Below, piece by piece: positions 21,248 through 31,425 of a stretch of 32,061 nt of DNA. The DNA is from Halocafeteria seosinensis. Lineage: Eukaryota. Made by a program: the position numbers and the translations under genes. The stretch's first letter is position 1; each line of letters starts with the position of its first letter. The DNA lies in assembly GCA_001687465.1 (NCBI GenBank), contig LVLI01001242.1:1-32061 (forward strand), given 5' to 3'. Under the pieces are notes generated by a model that saw only the letters and a list, made by a program, of their open reading frames with translations, was not told the DNA's origin and searched no databases.

Positions 21248-24200
21248 ATGACAGTACTGAAAAGGTCTCTCTTTGCTTTTGTCCTAGTAGCGTCGGTCGT
21301 GACGCGCGTGCTTGGAAAGGATCTCCGGCCAGCAATCGTTCAGGACTCGGTAGACTGTATTGACTATCTTCCGGCGGAGCAGCTGTTCCGACAAGTATGC
21401 CACATCAATTGGCACCGAAGCTTTTCTGAAAGCGATTTTATAATGCTCCTCAAGTGGGACAAGTATGATGGAAATGGATTCAATATTTATTTGGATCATA
21501 TGAACAAGTTTAGAGGAGTCTTCAAAGTCAACGAAACTGGCATCGATTCGTTAGGGAATGCTCCGCACATAATGCGCGTGCACACAATACGAGGGAAGAC
21601 CTCAGAGAGTGGGGGTTTCATCGTGCAGCATACTCAAGCCTACTTCTGCGTTACACTGTGTAGTAGCACTGGGACCGTGAGTGGTGGTACAGGCTCCGGA
21701 AATGACGGTGGCGGGGGAATTGCGGGCGCCCGTGCTGGGGAAAATGGTCATATCAGAATCGAATATTCTTTCTCGACTGGAAAGATAGAAGGATCTCGAG
21801 CTGGCGGAATTGCGGGAACCAAGGTGGCGAATTCAGGTTTGGCGCAAATTTCGAGTTGCTTTTCAGATGGCAACATACAAGGAAAATCGAGTGGTGGTAT
21901 CGTTGGCTCCAGCGCAGGAGAGACAAATGGTATTGTCAATATTACGAAGTCTTACTCGACTGGAAATATATGCGGGGGCGGAACTGGTGGCATACTAGGA
22001 AAGACCGCTGCATCAAGCGGGGGCCAAGTTTATGTTAGTCAATGCTTCTCTAAGGGTGATATCATCGGAGATGCAGCTGGAGGTGTCTCCGGGGAAGAAG
22101 GGGGATACGGTGGTATCCTCCACATTATAGACTCGTATTCCCACGGAATGTTGACAGGAAACGTTTCGGGAGGGATTGCTGGCGGTGCAGCGGGAAGCGA
22201 TGGAGGCTGTGTAGTCATAATCAACTCGTACTCAAGTGGTGGAGCGGGAAAAGTAGACATTGAAACTGGTGGTATTTTGGGGAGCGTAGGCGGTGCGAGT
22301 CCTATCTCACCTCAATACGTTGCAGCGCGATTTTCAGTGTACCCTGAGAATACTACAGCGATAGCCGGACGAGGAATCTCCTTGATCGATGTAAACGAGG
22401 GAAACGCCCAGCACTTGGAGGATATAAGGGGGCGCCTATATTTCTTCAACGGTACTCAACGCTGGTCAGGTAGTATCTGGGTCGTTCGTTCTTTCGAAGA
22501 ATACCCCATATTACGTTTCCAGCAAAGTCCTTTCCCACACCCGACCCCCTCGGGCACCCCCACAACTACTCCGAGCACCAGTAGTTCAAGCACCGGCACT
22601 CCAACGATTACTGGTACTCGTTCTGCTACTCACAGCGTAACTTCCTCGCAGACAGTGTCGCCCACTAACACAGCTTCGGCTTGTCCGACCGGCAGCCCTT
22701 CTTCAACTCCTTCCAAGAGTGCTTCAATAACCTCAAGCCCCAGTTGTACACGGGCCGCCTCTCCAAGTCCTCGCATTCCGGTTGACTTACGGGAACCAAT
22801 CATAAAAGGGGAAGAGCCTTGTCTAGAGTACAGCCACAAGGAATCCTTGTTTACACAATCGTGTAATATTGTTTGGAGCAAGCTATACGATGAAAGACAT
22901 TTTATTTCTCTGAGGAAGGGTGAGACCTTCGACGGCAGGAACCACTCCATTGATTTTGCAGATGTTGGGAGGTATGAGGGTTTATTCAGAATTAATGACA
23001 GTGGTATTGGGGATATATCGAAAGCCCCACTGATCCATCGTGTCCATACGTTGAAGGGACAGACCAATAACGCTGGAGGTTTTATTGTCCAATCCAGACA
23101 ACGCTTCTTCGAAGTCGATTCGTGCACTGTATCCGGAATAATCAACGGAGGCTCTGACGGAATTCAAGGAGGTGGAGGCATTTGTGGCGCCGAATGTGGA
23201 GCAGTGGGTGGAGACGTTCGAGTGAGGGGATGCAATTCGTTCGGAACTATACGTGGTGCTAACTCTGGAGGAATCGCCGGCTCCAGGCTTGCCATGAATG
23301 GATCGGCTACTATTTCTGAATGCGGCTCCACGGGAAACATAGCGGGGGAAAACGCAGGAGGTGTTACCGGGGCGAAATTGGGGCTAACAAATGGCTTTGC
23401 TACTATCAGCAACTGCTTCTCTTCCGGAACAATTACGGGATCCAAAGCTGGAGGTATCACCGGCTATACAACCGGCGATAGTTGCTCACATGCTACAATT
23501 TTCCGCTGCTACTCTACTGGAGATGTAATCGGTGCTGGCAGTGGAGGTATCACCGGTAAGGGTACAGCTACAGGACAGGGATTTGTGAACATATCCCAGT
23601 GCTTTTCCGTCGGTATTATCGGAGGTAGAGGGAGTGGAGGCATTTGTGGCGAAACGTGCGGAGACTTCCGTGGTAACGTTAGCATATCTAACTCTTATTC
23701 CCGTGGTGTTCTTCGAAACAACAAGACCGGTGGCATTACAGGGTGGAATTGCGGATATGACACGGGAACCGTTAGCATCACGGAAACGTATTCCAGCGGC
23801 TTTGTGGCACCGGAAGCTCGCATTGCTGGTGGGATATTGGGAAGCGTGTCCTCTCATGCTCACTTCCCCCCTAAATGGGTCAGCATTGCCTATTCTGTGT
23901 ATTCCAATACCACATCAGGAATTGCCGCACGGCACAAACGTGAGATATCAAAAGCGGTAGGGAATTCTAATGATCTTAGTGAGATCAGGGGAAATCTGTA
24001 CCACTGGAATGGAAGTGAAGTTTGGAACCCGTTGATATGGACTGTTCCAGACGGCCACTCATATCCTATTCTGCGCTTCCAACAATCTTCTTCGCCGTCT
24101 ATGGAGCCGAGCACTCCTGCGACGGTAACTTCGCCGCCAGAGAGAACCCCGACGTCAGCTACTTCACCATCTATGGGTCCTACGGCGACACGTTCGCCAG

Positions 24201-24466
24201 AGAGAACTTCGACACTCTCTGCCACAAGTTCCCCCAGTGCTACCGCGTCACACTCTCCANNNAAACATGGGATGAATTCAACTCCGGTTCCAACAGGAGC
24301 CATAGCAGGAGCAGTGGTAGGTGGTGCTCTACTACTACTGATTCTTGGAGCATATGGTTACAGTCGCCGCCGTCGGCGACGTCGTTTAGAGACAGAATCG
24401 TCCGAGTACACGTCCACGTATTACGAGAAGCTATTGGACGGTAGTGGCGCACACAATGTTGTATAA
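21248..24466 (+). CDS. Type I surface protein with two tandem GLUG-like domains, two Ser/Thr/Pro stalks, TM helix and short Tyr-containing tail
   Basis: Signal peptide MTVLKRSLFAFVLVASVVTRVLG. Two modules each start DLRxxI...C and end W...YPILRFQQS. TM segment AIAGAVVGGALLLLILGAYGY is followed by RRRRRR. An NNN gap at 24260-24262 falls in the second stalk. Confidence 0.8.
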   Translation: MTVLKRSLFAFVLVASVVTRVLGKDLRPAIVQDSVDCIDYLPAEQLFRQVCHINWHRSFSESDFIMLLKWDKYDGNGFNIYLDHMNKFRGVFKVNETGIDSLGNAPHIMRVHTIRGKTSESGGFIVQHTQAYFCVTLCSSTGTVSGGTGSGNDGGGGIAGARAGENGHIRIEYSFSTGKIEGSRAGGIAGTKVANSGLAQISSCFSDGNIQGKSSGGIVGSSAGETNGIVNITKSYSTGNICGGGTGGILGKTAASSGGQVYVSQCFSKGDIIGDAAGGVSGEEGGYGGILHIIDSYSHGMLTGNVSGGIAGGAAGSDGGCVVIINSYSSGGAGKVDIETGGILGSVGGASPISPQYVAARFSVYPENTTAIAGRGISLIDVNEGNAQHLEDIRGRLYFFNGTQRWSGSIWVVRSFEEYPILRFQQSPFPHPTPSGTPTTTPSTSSSSTGTPTITGTRSATHSVTSSQTVSPTNTASACPTGSPSSTPSKSASITSSPSCTRAASPSPRIPVDLREPIIKGEEPCLEYSHKESLFTQSCNIVWSKLYDERHFISLRKGETFDGRNHSIDFADVGRYEGLFRINDSGIGDISKAPLIHRVHTLKGQTNNAGGFIVQSRQRFFEVDSCTVSGIINGGSDGIQGGGGICGAECGAVGGDVRVRGCNSFGTIRGANSGGIAGSRLAMNGSATISECGSTGNIAGENAGGVTGAKLGLTNGFATISNCFSSGTITGSKAGGITGYTTGDSCSHATIFRCYSTGDVIGAGSGGITGKGTATGQGFVNISQCFSVGIIGGRGSGGICGETCGDFRGNVSISNSYSRGVLRNNKTGGITGWNCGYDTGTVSITETYSSGFVAPEARIAGGILGSVSSHAHFPPKWVSIAYSVYSNTTSGIAARHKREISKAVGNSNDLSEIRGNLYHWNGSEVWNPLIWTVPDGHSYPILRFQQSSSPSMEPSTPATVTSPPERTPTSATSPSMGPTATRSPERTSTLSATSSPSATASHSPXKHGMNSTPVPTGAIAGAVVGGALLLLILGAYGYSRRRRRRRLETESSEYTSTYYEKLLDGSGAHNVV

Positions 24467-24625
24467 ATAAACGTTTGTTGCTCTCTTTCCGTACATTATG
24501 CTTGCGTGTGTGGTGCTCAAACGTACTTAGAGCTTCTGACTTGTGGCAGGTTCCGTTGGGCGCAAACCGGGAACGACCGTGACGTACAATCTATGTGCTG
24601 TGATGAAACGTAGATGTAGGATAAA

Positions 24626-26752
24626 TCACCGTGCTGCAAACAATTCTTGTATTTCCTCCAGGGTCTTGCCCTTAGTTTCAGGGAGACGGAAAAACAAGAA
24701 CACACCGCCAAGGAAGGCGATGCCGGCGTAAACGCAAAAGGAACCGAAAGGAGTGATGGTGGTAGCAAGACTCAGGAATGTCATGGATACCAACAGATTA
24801 AATACCCAATTTACCGTCGTAGCAACAGAAACGGCAACTGCACGGACCTGATTCGGGTAAATCTCACTGTTGATAGTCCAGGGCATGGCTCTGTACAAAA
24901 ACATGTGATCAACGTTGCGTCGCCCTTCAGTAGGTGAAGATTGAAGGATCACTTACGCAAGTCCTGGAGCAAACCATATCAAATATAAAACCAGTGCTGC
25001 TAACGCTCCCCATCCCAGATCCTGCTGGAGCTGACCGGGACAATGGCTAAATCCCCATACTGAATTCGTTGGACCATCGCCTGGCTCCTTATTGGCACCG
25101 TCCCTATCTCCTTTCAAACAATACCCTGAAGTTCTATTGCCAAAGAAACCACAGTCGTCTTGAAGAACGCAATCCATGCACTTCGCAAACTTTTGACAAG
25201 CGCGACTTTCTGGGAAGCCATCAGGTGGCGAAATTATCATGGCAGAGTGTTGTCGTTTGAAGTAAAAGACTACACCAAGAAGAATTAGCGACACAGTAAC
25301 ACCCGCAATAGACGCCAGAGTCAGCCTACGGCGTCCTCTGCGAAGAATATCGCGTCAACGCTTAATCAGGTAGACGCATGTGTACGCCCAATACTTACTG
25401 CGTTTCAACGAATCGAAGTCCAAGACCGCTAAATGAGAAGTTCGCGAACGCAACCACCGCCGTCAACCAGATAGCAGTTCGGCTTTCAAAGCCAGCATTG
25501 TGGAGAATTGTACCTGAGTAATACATTACCGTGTTGATTCCAGCACTTTGCTGGAGTAGCTGCAGTGTACACCCTACGATAAACGCCCGGCGAATAGCAG
25601 GAGTCTTGAAGATTAATTTCCATGTGTCGAGACACCTGCCGAATTTAGTGCACATGCCATTCTTCTCATATCTGGCTCCGGAACCTCTTCGGTTTTCCTC
25701 GTAGATAGCATCTTGTATTTCTTTCAGTTCCTTGTCAATCGCGTAGGTAGTGGTATTTGCTCCTTGGTGTTCAATCTCATCCACGTTCTTCGGACCGCTT
25801 TTGTTGCCTTCCGAGTCGGAGGACAACAAGGCTGCCGAACGTTCGGTTTTCGTGGACTCAGTCGTATTGCTCGTTCGATCCTCTGTACTTTCTTCCAAAG
25901 TAATATCCCGAGTATCGTAGGAGGCTGTAGAACTGCCCGCGCTGCTCGCGTCGGTGGATTCTGGTGTTCCACGGAGCGTTTCCAATGCCTTGCGAGCTTG
26001 TTCAAACTTTCCCTGTGCAACAAGGTACCTAGGTGACTCCGGAAGCCCCCAAAGCCCAAAAAATTGCAACAATGCTGGAACTCCTCCCAAGCCCAGCATG
26101 TACCTCCATCCATCACCTCTCCCGGAGAACGCACCGTCTACAAGGGCAGCCAAGAACTGTCCCCCCGTGATGAAAAATGTGTTAACTGTTACCAGTCTAC
26201 CACGGTATCTCGAAGGAGCCATCTCTGCGATGTACATGGGAACAATCATCGAAGCTTGACCGATGGCCAAGCCCACAATTAGGCGACCTGCAAGCAGTTG
26301 GAACAAGGATTGAGCAATCCCCATTAAAACCGCACCTCCGACAAAGATGACGGAGGCCAGCATGACCACCAGCTTTCGGCCGATGCGGTCGCTAATACAT
26401 CCTGAAAAAAGAGCCCCTATCATGGCACCAAACACAGTAATGCTGACGATTGCTTCCTTTTCAAGGTCCGTCAACGAAAAGTAGGAGTCGATGGATAGTA
26501 AAGCTCCCGAAATAACACCCTGTAAAATACACGCATGAATGATCATGAGTGTCAGTGACCACTGTTCGCTTTATGGTACTGCACATTGTGCGGTAAGCAA
26601 CTTACAGTATCGTAACCAAAGAGGAGACCTCCAATGGCTCCTACGGCGGTAACATAGATAATGTACCATTGTTGCCGTGTGTGCGTCTTTTTGTAGAGCT
26701 CGTATTCCTCGTATTCACTGTGAATTCCTTTGGACGAGGAAATTTGCTTCAT
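24626..26752 (-). CDS. MFS sugar porter, H+/myo-inositol transporter type (HMIT/SLC2A13, plant INT); exons 26752-26606, 26519-25399, 25337-24957, 24890-24626
   Basis: Motifs GGLLFGYDTGVISGALL, DRIGRK, PMYIAEMAP, LPESPRYL, QQSAGINTVMYYS, MPWTINSEIYP and LPETKGKTLEEI. The Cys-rich loop (CQKFAKCMDCVLQDDCGF..GYCL..CP) is typical of HMIT/INT. Three in-phase introns. Confidence 0.92.
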
Positions 26753-27245
26753 GTCGTTCGTGTTACTTTTTGTCCGTTCAAGTAAGGGATGCTCTCAGAG
26801 CTTGCTACCACCACACCGGTAGGCGCTTGCTTCGATCAGGAATTCACACGGTTCTCCCAGCAAGTGCAAGGTGAAACGATGGCACGAATTCGAGCGATAT
26901 GTACCGTACCGACTAGCGAATGTGTCAATACGCAGTCTGCAACTTGCATTACTGCTCTTAGCCCCCTCTACATTCTCCCTGTTTGAACTCGCGGTGCAGG
27001 AGAGGATGACGTCATCTGGCTTCTTTCTGTCTCGCTCTCGCTTCAAGCGACGGCCACTTCCTGGTTCTGGAACTTCTGGCCCACCTCGAGTCGGGAGTCG
27101 CCCGGTCATCTTCACAAAGTACGGTAATCGTGCTGCACAACCTGTCATGGAGTAAATGAAAGGATTGCTAACTGTTAATATAATAGCCAAATAAGGGACG
27201 AGAAAGTCAAAGGCTCATTTTGTCTGTACGTACGCTATCTATAGA

Positions 27246-28763
27246 ATGCTCCGTTCCGCTAGGAGATTGTTGGTGGGGAGTCTCCGACTCCCAACATGCT
27301 CCATACACGCAACGAAATGCTCTTTGTCCGTCGGTGTGCAACAAGCGACACCGAGGACGCTATGTATTCGATTTCAGAGCAATGAAGCCGGAGATGGAGG
27401 GGAGCAACAGCGTCAAATGGACCCTGAAAAACTGGTGGAGGACTTGAAAAAGACGGTGTCTGATCGCGAATCTCAAATGATGGAAGACTTTAAGTCGTCA
27501 GCACGCCCCGAAGAAGCATGGATGATGCATTTCTATCAACACAGGAATATGGACTATACGCTCCCAGCTATCAGGAGGATGACTGATTCAGATACGATTC
27601 GGACTAACGCCCCTGTTTTGTCCCGGGTGATCTTTTTCCTTGCACGCACACTCGAGACTGCCTCAGCGACCGCCTTGGCTGGAACGGCAATGCAATTACC
27701 CCTGATAAGTCGTCTTGACGCATTGGACATCCTAGCCACCCTGCATCAGGTCAACTCGCGGGAAGCCAACAACGTCTTTTCTCGATTGGCGGAACACGTA
27801 TATGGAATGGACAACGCTGATGCCAAACGAGTAGTAGAGAGCATAAAGGAATCTCCCATCCAATCTGTCAAGGATTGGCCGGCGTTGCATTTGGCGTATG
27901 CTGCCCAAGCCGCGGCACGAGAAAACAACATGGGGGTATCGGAAATGCCCTCCTTGGGATACTCTCGCACAGATTGCATTGATGATCCGGATTCTTTGCT
28001 AACTGATAATTCGTCGACTCTTTTTGACTACTGCAATCTAACTCAGCAACACCGATTTCATCATAGAAGTGAATATGAAAAGCAGAAGGAAAAAGACATC
28101 GAGACATTGAGGAAAGAAAGTGAAACGTCCAGAGATACACCGGCCACGGGTGGGAACTACCCTTTGACTCTGCCAGCACCAGGCGGTATACTTCCAGCCG
28201 CACATGATTATTCATTGACGATTTCGGCTTGCCAACTGGAAACACTATGGGCTTGCTACTACTCGACGGGTGATGACGCGTTTCTCAGACGTGTTATTGA
28301 TATGGCGTTGCCATGGGCCAATTGGGCAAACCACGAGGGAAGCATTGCCTTTATCACGGATCTGAATACACCTTTTCCAGACAGCATCCGAAAGTCAATA
28401 GAGGACTCGTCAGACCCTCTTCTCTCGAATTTGAATGCAACAGTTTCACGTCTGTGCTGCTGGTCTTTGGTGCAGAACAGCAAAGCTCATGAAGGTTGGT
28501 GCTTTCTTCCTTTGTAAACGCTTTCGTATATCTGTCTGTAGATACTCCTGGCTGTCCTTTTTCCTGCAGCGGTATTCCGGTTGATGGCTGAAGAGTGTAC
28601 CAAGCTCGGGGATATGTGCGTAGATCCTATATATGCTGTCAAAATGCACGAGGATGCACACCTGAAACATGAGAAAATGACTCTGTACCCTGCCCTGCTC
28701 CATCTAATGTCTCGAGCCGCTGGCGAACGTTTGATGGACAATGCCGAGGACCAGACAAACTGA
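27246..28763 (+). CDS. Hypothetical protein with probable mitochondrial presequence; intron 28495-28569
   Basis: Arg/Ser/Leu-rich, acid-free N-terminus (MLRSARRLLVGSLRLP...IRFQS). GAAG|GTTGGT...CTGCAG|CG joins the 423-aa ORF to the 28581-28763 frame. Confidence 0.75.
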
Positions 28764-29427
28764 ATCATAGTTTGGGGAAGGGGGACCGAAAGGACCGGAC
28801 TGTAGTATTGACGCTCGTACCTAAAGGCATCCCAGTGGAGGTGGAATACATACTACACTGTTATCAATTTATGTTTATGACCGCACAACGTTGCATATTC
28901 CACGTAGGTACCCTCACGGGCTGCACATCGAGTAGTGGAACAGTGTACCATGTAATACTGCATACCGTGCAGTCGGTTATTGATTCCATACCATAAAGTC
29001 ATATGATTCATATGGGACGCCCCGCAACCTCCGATATGGATGGGTGCCCTAACCGGTCCCGAATGGTATTACAGTACTTGCCTCATCATGCCTCATCCTT
29101 CTGGACACTTCCATTTTTCCCCTTGTTGCTGCAGAATGAACCGGACCACTAAATCGCGCTGGGAAAACTCCAAGAGCACGACAGAACTGGTCTTTAATCT
29201 GAATGGACATCCACTACTGTAAGTGCTTGGTTAACACCAGGCACGAAACCAATCAACAGGTTCTGCGAAGGTAAGATTGCTATGGCTAATTCACTCTTCA
29301 TACTCGACGCTAACTTGATGTCCAAGCAGGAGGTTTGCGTCGTCGTGAACCAACAGTACAGTAATCAATAGGGAAGAGAACGCCCACATCCGTCCTGACT
29401 GGGCGTTGCGAAAACCAGCTTTCCATA

Positions 29428-29859
29428 ATGGATGTTTCTGTACCCCAGCAACCCAGAAAACGACTCACCGCACATATAAGGTTAGTCAGTTCATGTCTAC
29501 AGGTGGTGCCTCCTGAGCCACGATGGTGGCAAGACATTCGGTGGGTTGAAGAAGACTGCTTTTACACAGTGATAGCGACTCCTGTGGACATACTCAAATG
29601 CAACTGTGCCGATAGCTACAAGGGGAATGACTGCAAGCATCAAAAACTGGTAAGGGAGTTCGATCCCACGCTCCTCAGCTTGGGATCAAGTGAGTCCGAG
29701 ACAGCGACCCACGATGTTCTCATGGACACATCATGTGTTCCCTCACGGCGCATGTCAGCAAGGCTGCAGGAAACAGCGGGCCCGTCGCTGCTTAACACGG
29801 GCGCATACCGCTCCTCGTTAAGAGGATGTGGTCAACTCCCCGGCCGGTGGGCTATCTGA
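29428..29859 (+). pseudogene. SWIM zinc-finger ORF fragment (possible MULE-like transposase relic)
   Basis: FYTVIATPVDILKCNCADSYKGNDCKHQKLV fits the SWIM CxC-x(n)-CxH pattern preceded by Y.V. Flanking frames are interrupted and no transposase core is visible. Confidence 0.55.
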
Positions 29860-29995
29860 AGGCAGACCGAGACGTACCAAATCCAAATGTACGTTTTTGG
29901 ATGGGTCGCTCGAAAGAAGACGTGTTACATTGGTACCAAGGACAATTAGGGAGGTATGAAACCATGGAAGAGAATCAGAGAATATATAATACTAT

Positions 29996-30084
29996 AGGAA
30001 AAATGGTGAATTTTTGATGCAATGACTTTTCGCTACGCTCAAAGCCAAACATCAAAAACGCTGACGCTATTCACCATTTTTCCT
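29996..30084. repeat. Terminal inverted repeat / nested hairpin
   Basis: AGGAAAAATGGTGAAT (29996-30011) is the exact reverse complement of 30069-30084. Inner stem TTTTGATG (30012-30019) pairs with CATCAAAA (30050-30057). Confidence 0.92.
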
Positions 30085-30094
30085 TTCTCCATAT

Positions 30095-30165
30095 AAAGTG
30101 TAATTTTAAAGTGTAATTTTCAAAAGTGTAATTTTCAAAAGTGAAATTTTCAAAAGTGTAATTTT
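30095..30165. repeat. Tandem array of five 13-15-bp units (CA)AAAGTGTAATTTT
   Basis: Units start at 30095, 30108, 30121, 30136 and 30151, with degenerate copies following. Confidence 0.92.
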
Positions 30166-30249
30166 AAAATTATAAAGTTAAATTTTAAGATTTTGATTTA
30201 TATAAATTTTGAAGTGTAAAAAAAATTCACCATTTTTCAAAAGTGGACA

Positions 30250-30285
30250 AAATCTTATATNAAATCTTATNTNAAATCTTATGTT
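30250..30285. repeat. Three 12-bp tandem units AAATCTTATNTN
   Basis: Read directly; ambiguous N bases fall at the variable positions. Confidence 0.85.
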
Positions 30286-30408
30286 GAAACTTTTATAATT
30301 TAATTCTATATATTTTATTAAAATCTCTTTAAGTAGAAATTTTTATAAANCGATTTATNAAAATTACTTATTTTTTAACTTAGAGATAATTTAACATATA
30401 TATTTATA

Positions 30409-30717
30409 ATGAAAATAGAAAAGATTGTTAAAGGACTTGAAGAAACTTCAACATTAACAATAAACGAGTTTGTAGATGCTTGTAAACAAGGAGATATAGA
30501 TACACTTAAGAATAACTGTATACCCTTTTATTTACTTCGTAATGAAAAAGTAAAAGAAAGAGTTTGTCATATAATTTGTTCTCTTGAACAAACAGAAGTC
30601 TATAGAGTTTTATCACATAGAATATCAAGTGTATGGAAATCTAGATGTTATGAATTATTAAATAGTCTAGATTATCAAGAAACATTAAAGGAGTTCAAAG
30701 AGATTGATAATAATTAA
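30409..30717 (+). CDS. Viral-element hypothetical protein (102 aa), weak ankyrin-like motif
   Basis: ATG ORF in AT-rich DNA preceded by the shared motif. FVDACKQGDIDTLK loosely resembles one ankyrin repeat. Confidence 0.7.
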   Translation: MKIEKIVKGLEETSTLTINEFVDACKQGDIDTLKNNCIPFYLLRNEKVKERVCHIICSLEQTEVYRVLSHRISSVWKSRCYELLNSLDYQETLKEFKEIDNN

Positions 30718-30726
30718 TATAATTTA

Positions 30727-30766
30727 AACTTAAAGAATTTTTTCTTTTATATAGATATAAGAAAAA
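30727..30766 (+). promoter_or_regulatory. Conserved upstream motif of the element's genes (representative copy; others at ~30377, 31112, 31391, 31838)
   Basis: AACTTAAAGA-WTTTTTCTT-(TA-rich)-TATAAGAAAA-ATG or variants precede all five ORFs at 30-38 nt spacing. Confidence 0.7.
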
Positions 30767-31105
30767 ATGATAGTTAAAGGATATATAATAATTCATCGCA
30801 CTGGTTTTAGAATAGGGATAAAAACACCTTACAATATAGGAGAAATTAGAAGAGATACGGTTGACTTTCCTAAAAAATTTGGATGTTGTAGAACGTTAGA
30901 ACAACGAGAAAAATTTGAAAAGCGTAGAAAAGAAAGTTTAGAGAAATATATTAATTTTGTTACTGAAACTATTTATGATGAATTTTTAACGGATGAGAAA
31001 GAACCGACAATTAATGAATTACAAATTTTAAATAATCTTAATCAAGATATTGTTCTTGATTCTCCGTTAAAAGAAATAACTAAATATATTGAACCTATTT
31101 ATTGA
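30767..31105 (+). CDS. Viral-element hypothetical protein (112 aa)
   Basis: ATG ORF preceded by the shared motif; no family recognised. Confidence 0.75.
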   Translation: MIVKGYIIIHRTGFRIGIKTPYNIGEIRRDTVDFPKKFGCCRTLEQREKFEKRRKESLEKYINFVTETIYDEFLTDEKEPTINELQILNNLNQDIVLDSPLKEITKYIEPIY

Positions 31106-31149
31106 AATTAAAGCTTAAAGAAATTTTTCTTGTATATAATTATAAGAAA

Positions 31150-31377
31150 ATGGAACAAATAAACGTCAAGATACAAGAACTAGAAGAATTACTAAACAAT
31201 CAATTTCAAAATGATTTTAATATTCTTGATTCTGTTGATACTCAAACATATGGAAACATTACAGACAAGCTATTTACGCTTTGGATTTCAACGGACAACA
31301 TTAAAGGTTTTATTGATAAATATCAAAAATTTAGTGATATAATTAATCAAGGTAGTTTACCATATACGGATGATTAA
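31150..31377 (+). CDS. Viral-element hypothetical protein (75 aa, MEQINVKIQELEELL...)
   Basis: The ATG at 31150 follows the shared motif, so it is preferred over the TTG at 31102 in the ORF track. Confidence 0.7.
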   Translation: MEQINVKIQELEELLNNQFQNDFNILDSVDTQTYGNITDKLFTLWISTDNIKGFIDKYQKFSDIINQGSLPYTDD

Positions 31378-31425
31378 TATAATTTTATTTAACTTAAGAA
31401 AATCTTTTAGTTAAATATATATAGA

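Noticed and set aside
29826..30017. 63-aa ORF as a real gene
   Set aside because: It straddles the host/element junction and ends inside the terminal hairpin.
30095..30285. CRISPR-like array
   Set aside because: Units are 12-15 bp and directly adjacent with no unique spacers; no cas genes; eukaryotic/viral context.
31102..31149. TTG-initiated N-terminal extension of the third element ORF
   Set aside because: This stretch is the conserved intergenic motif; the ATG at 31150 fits the pattern of the other genes.
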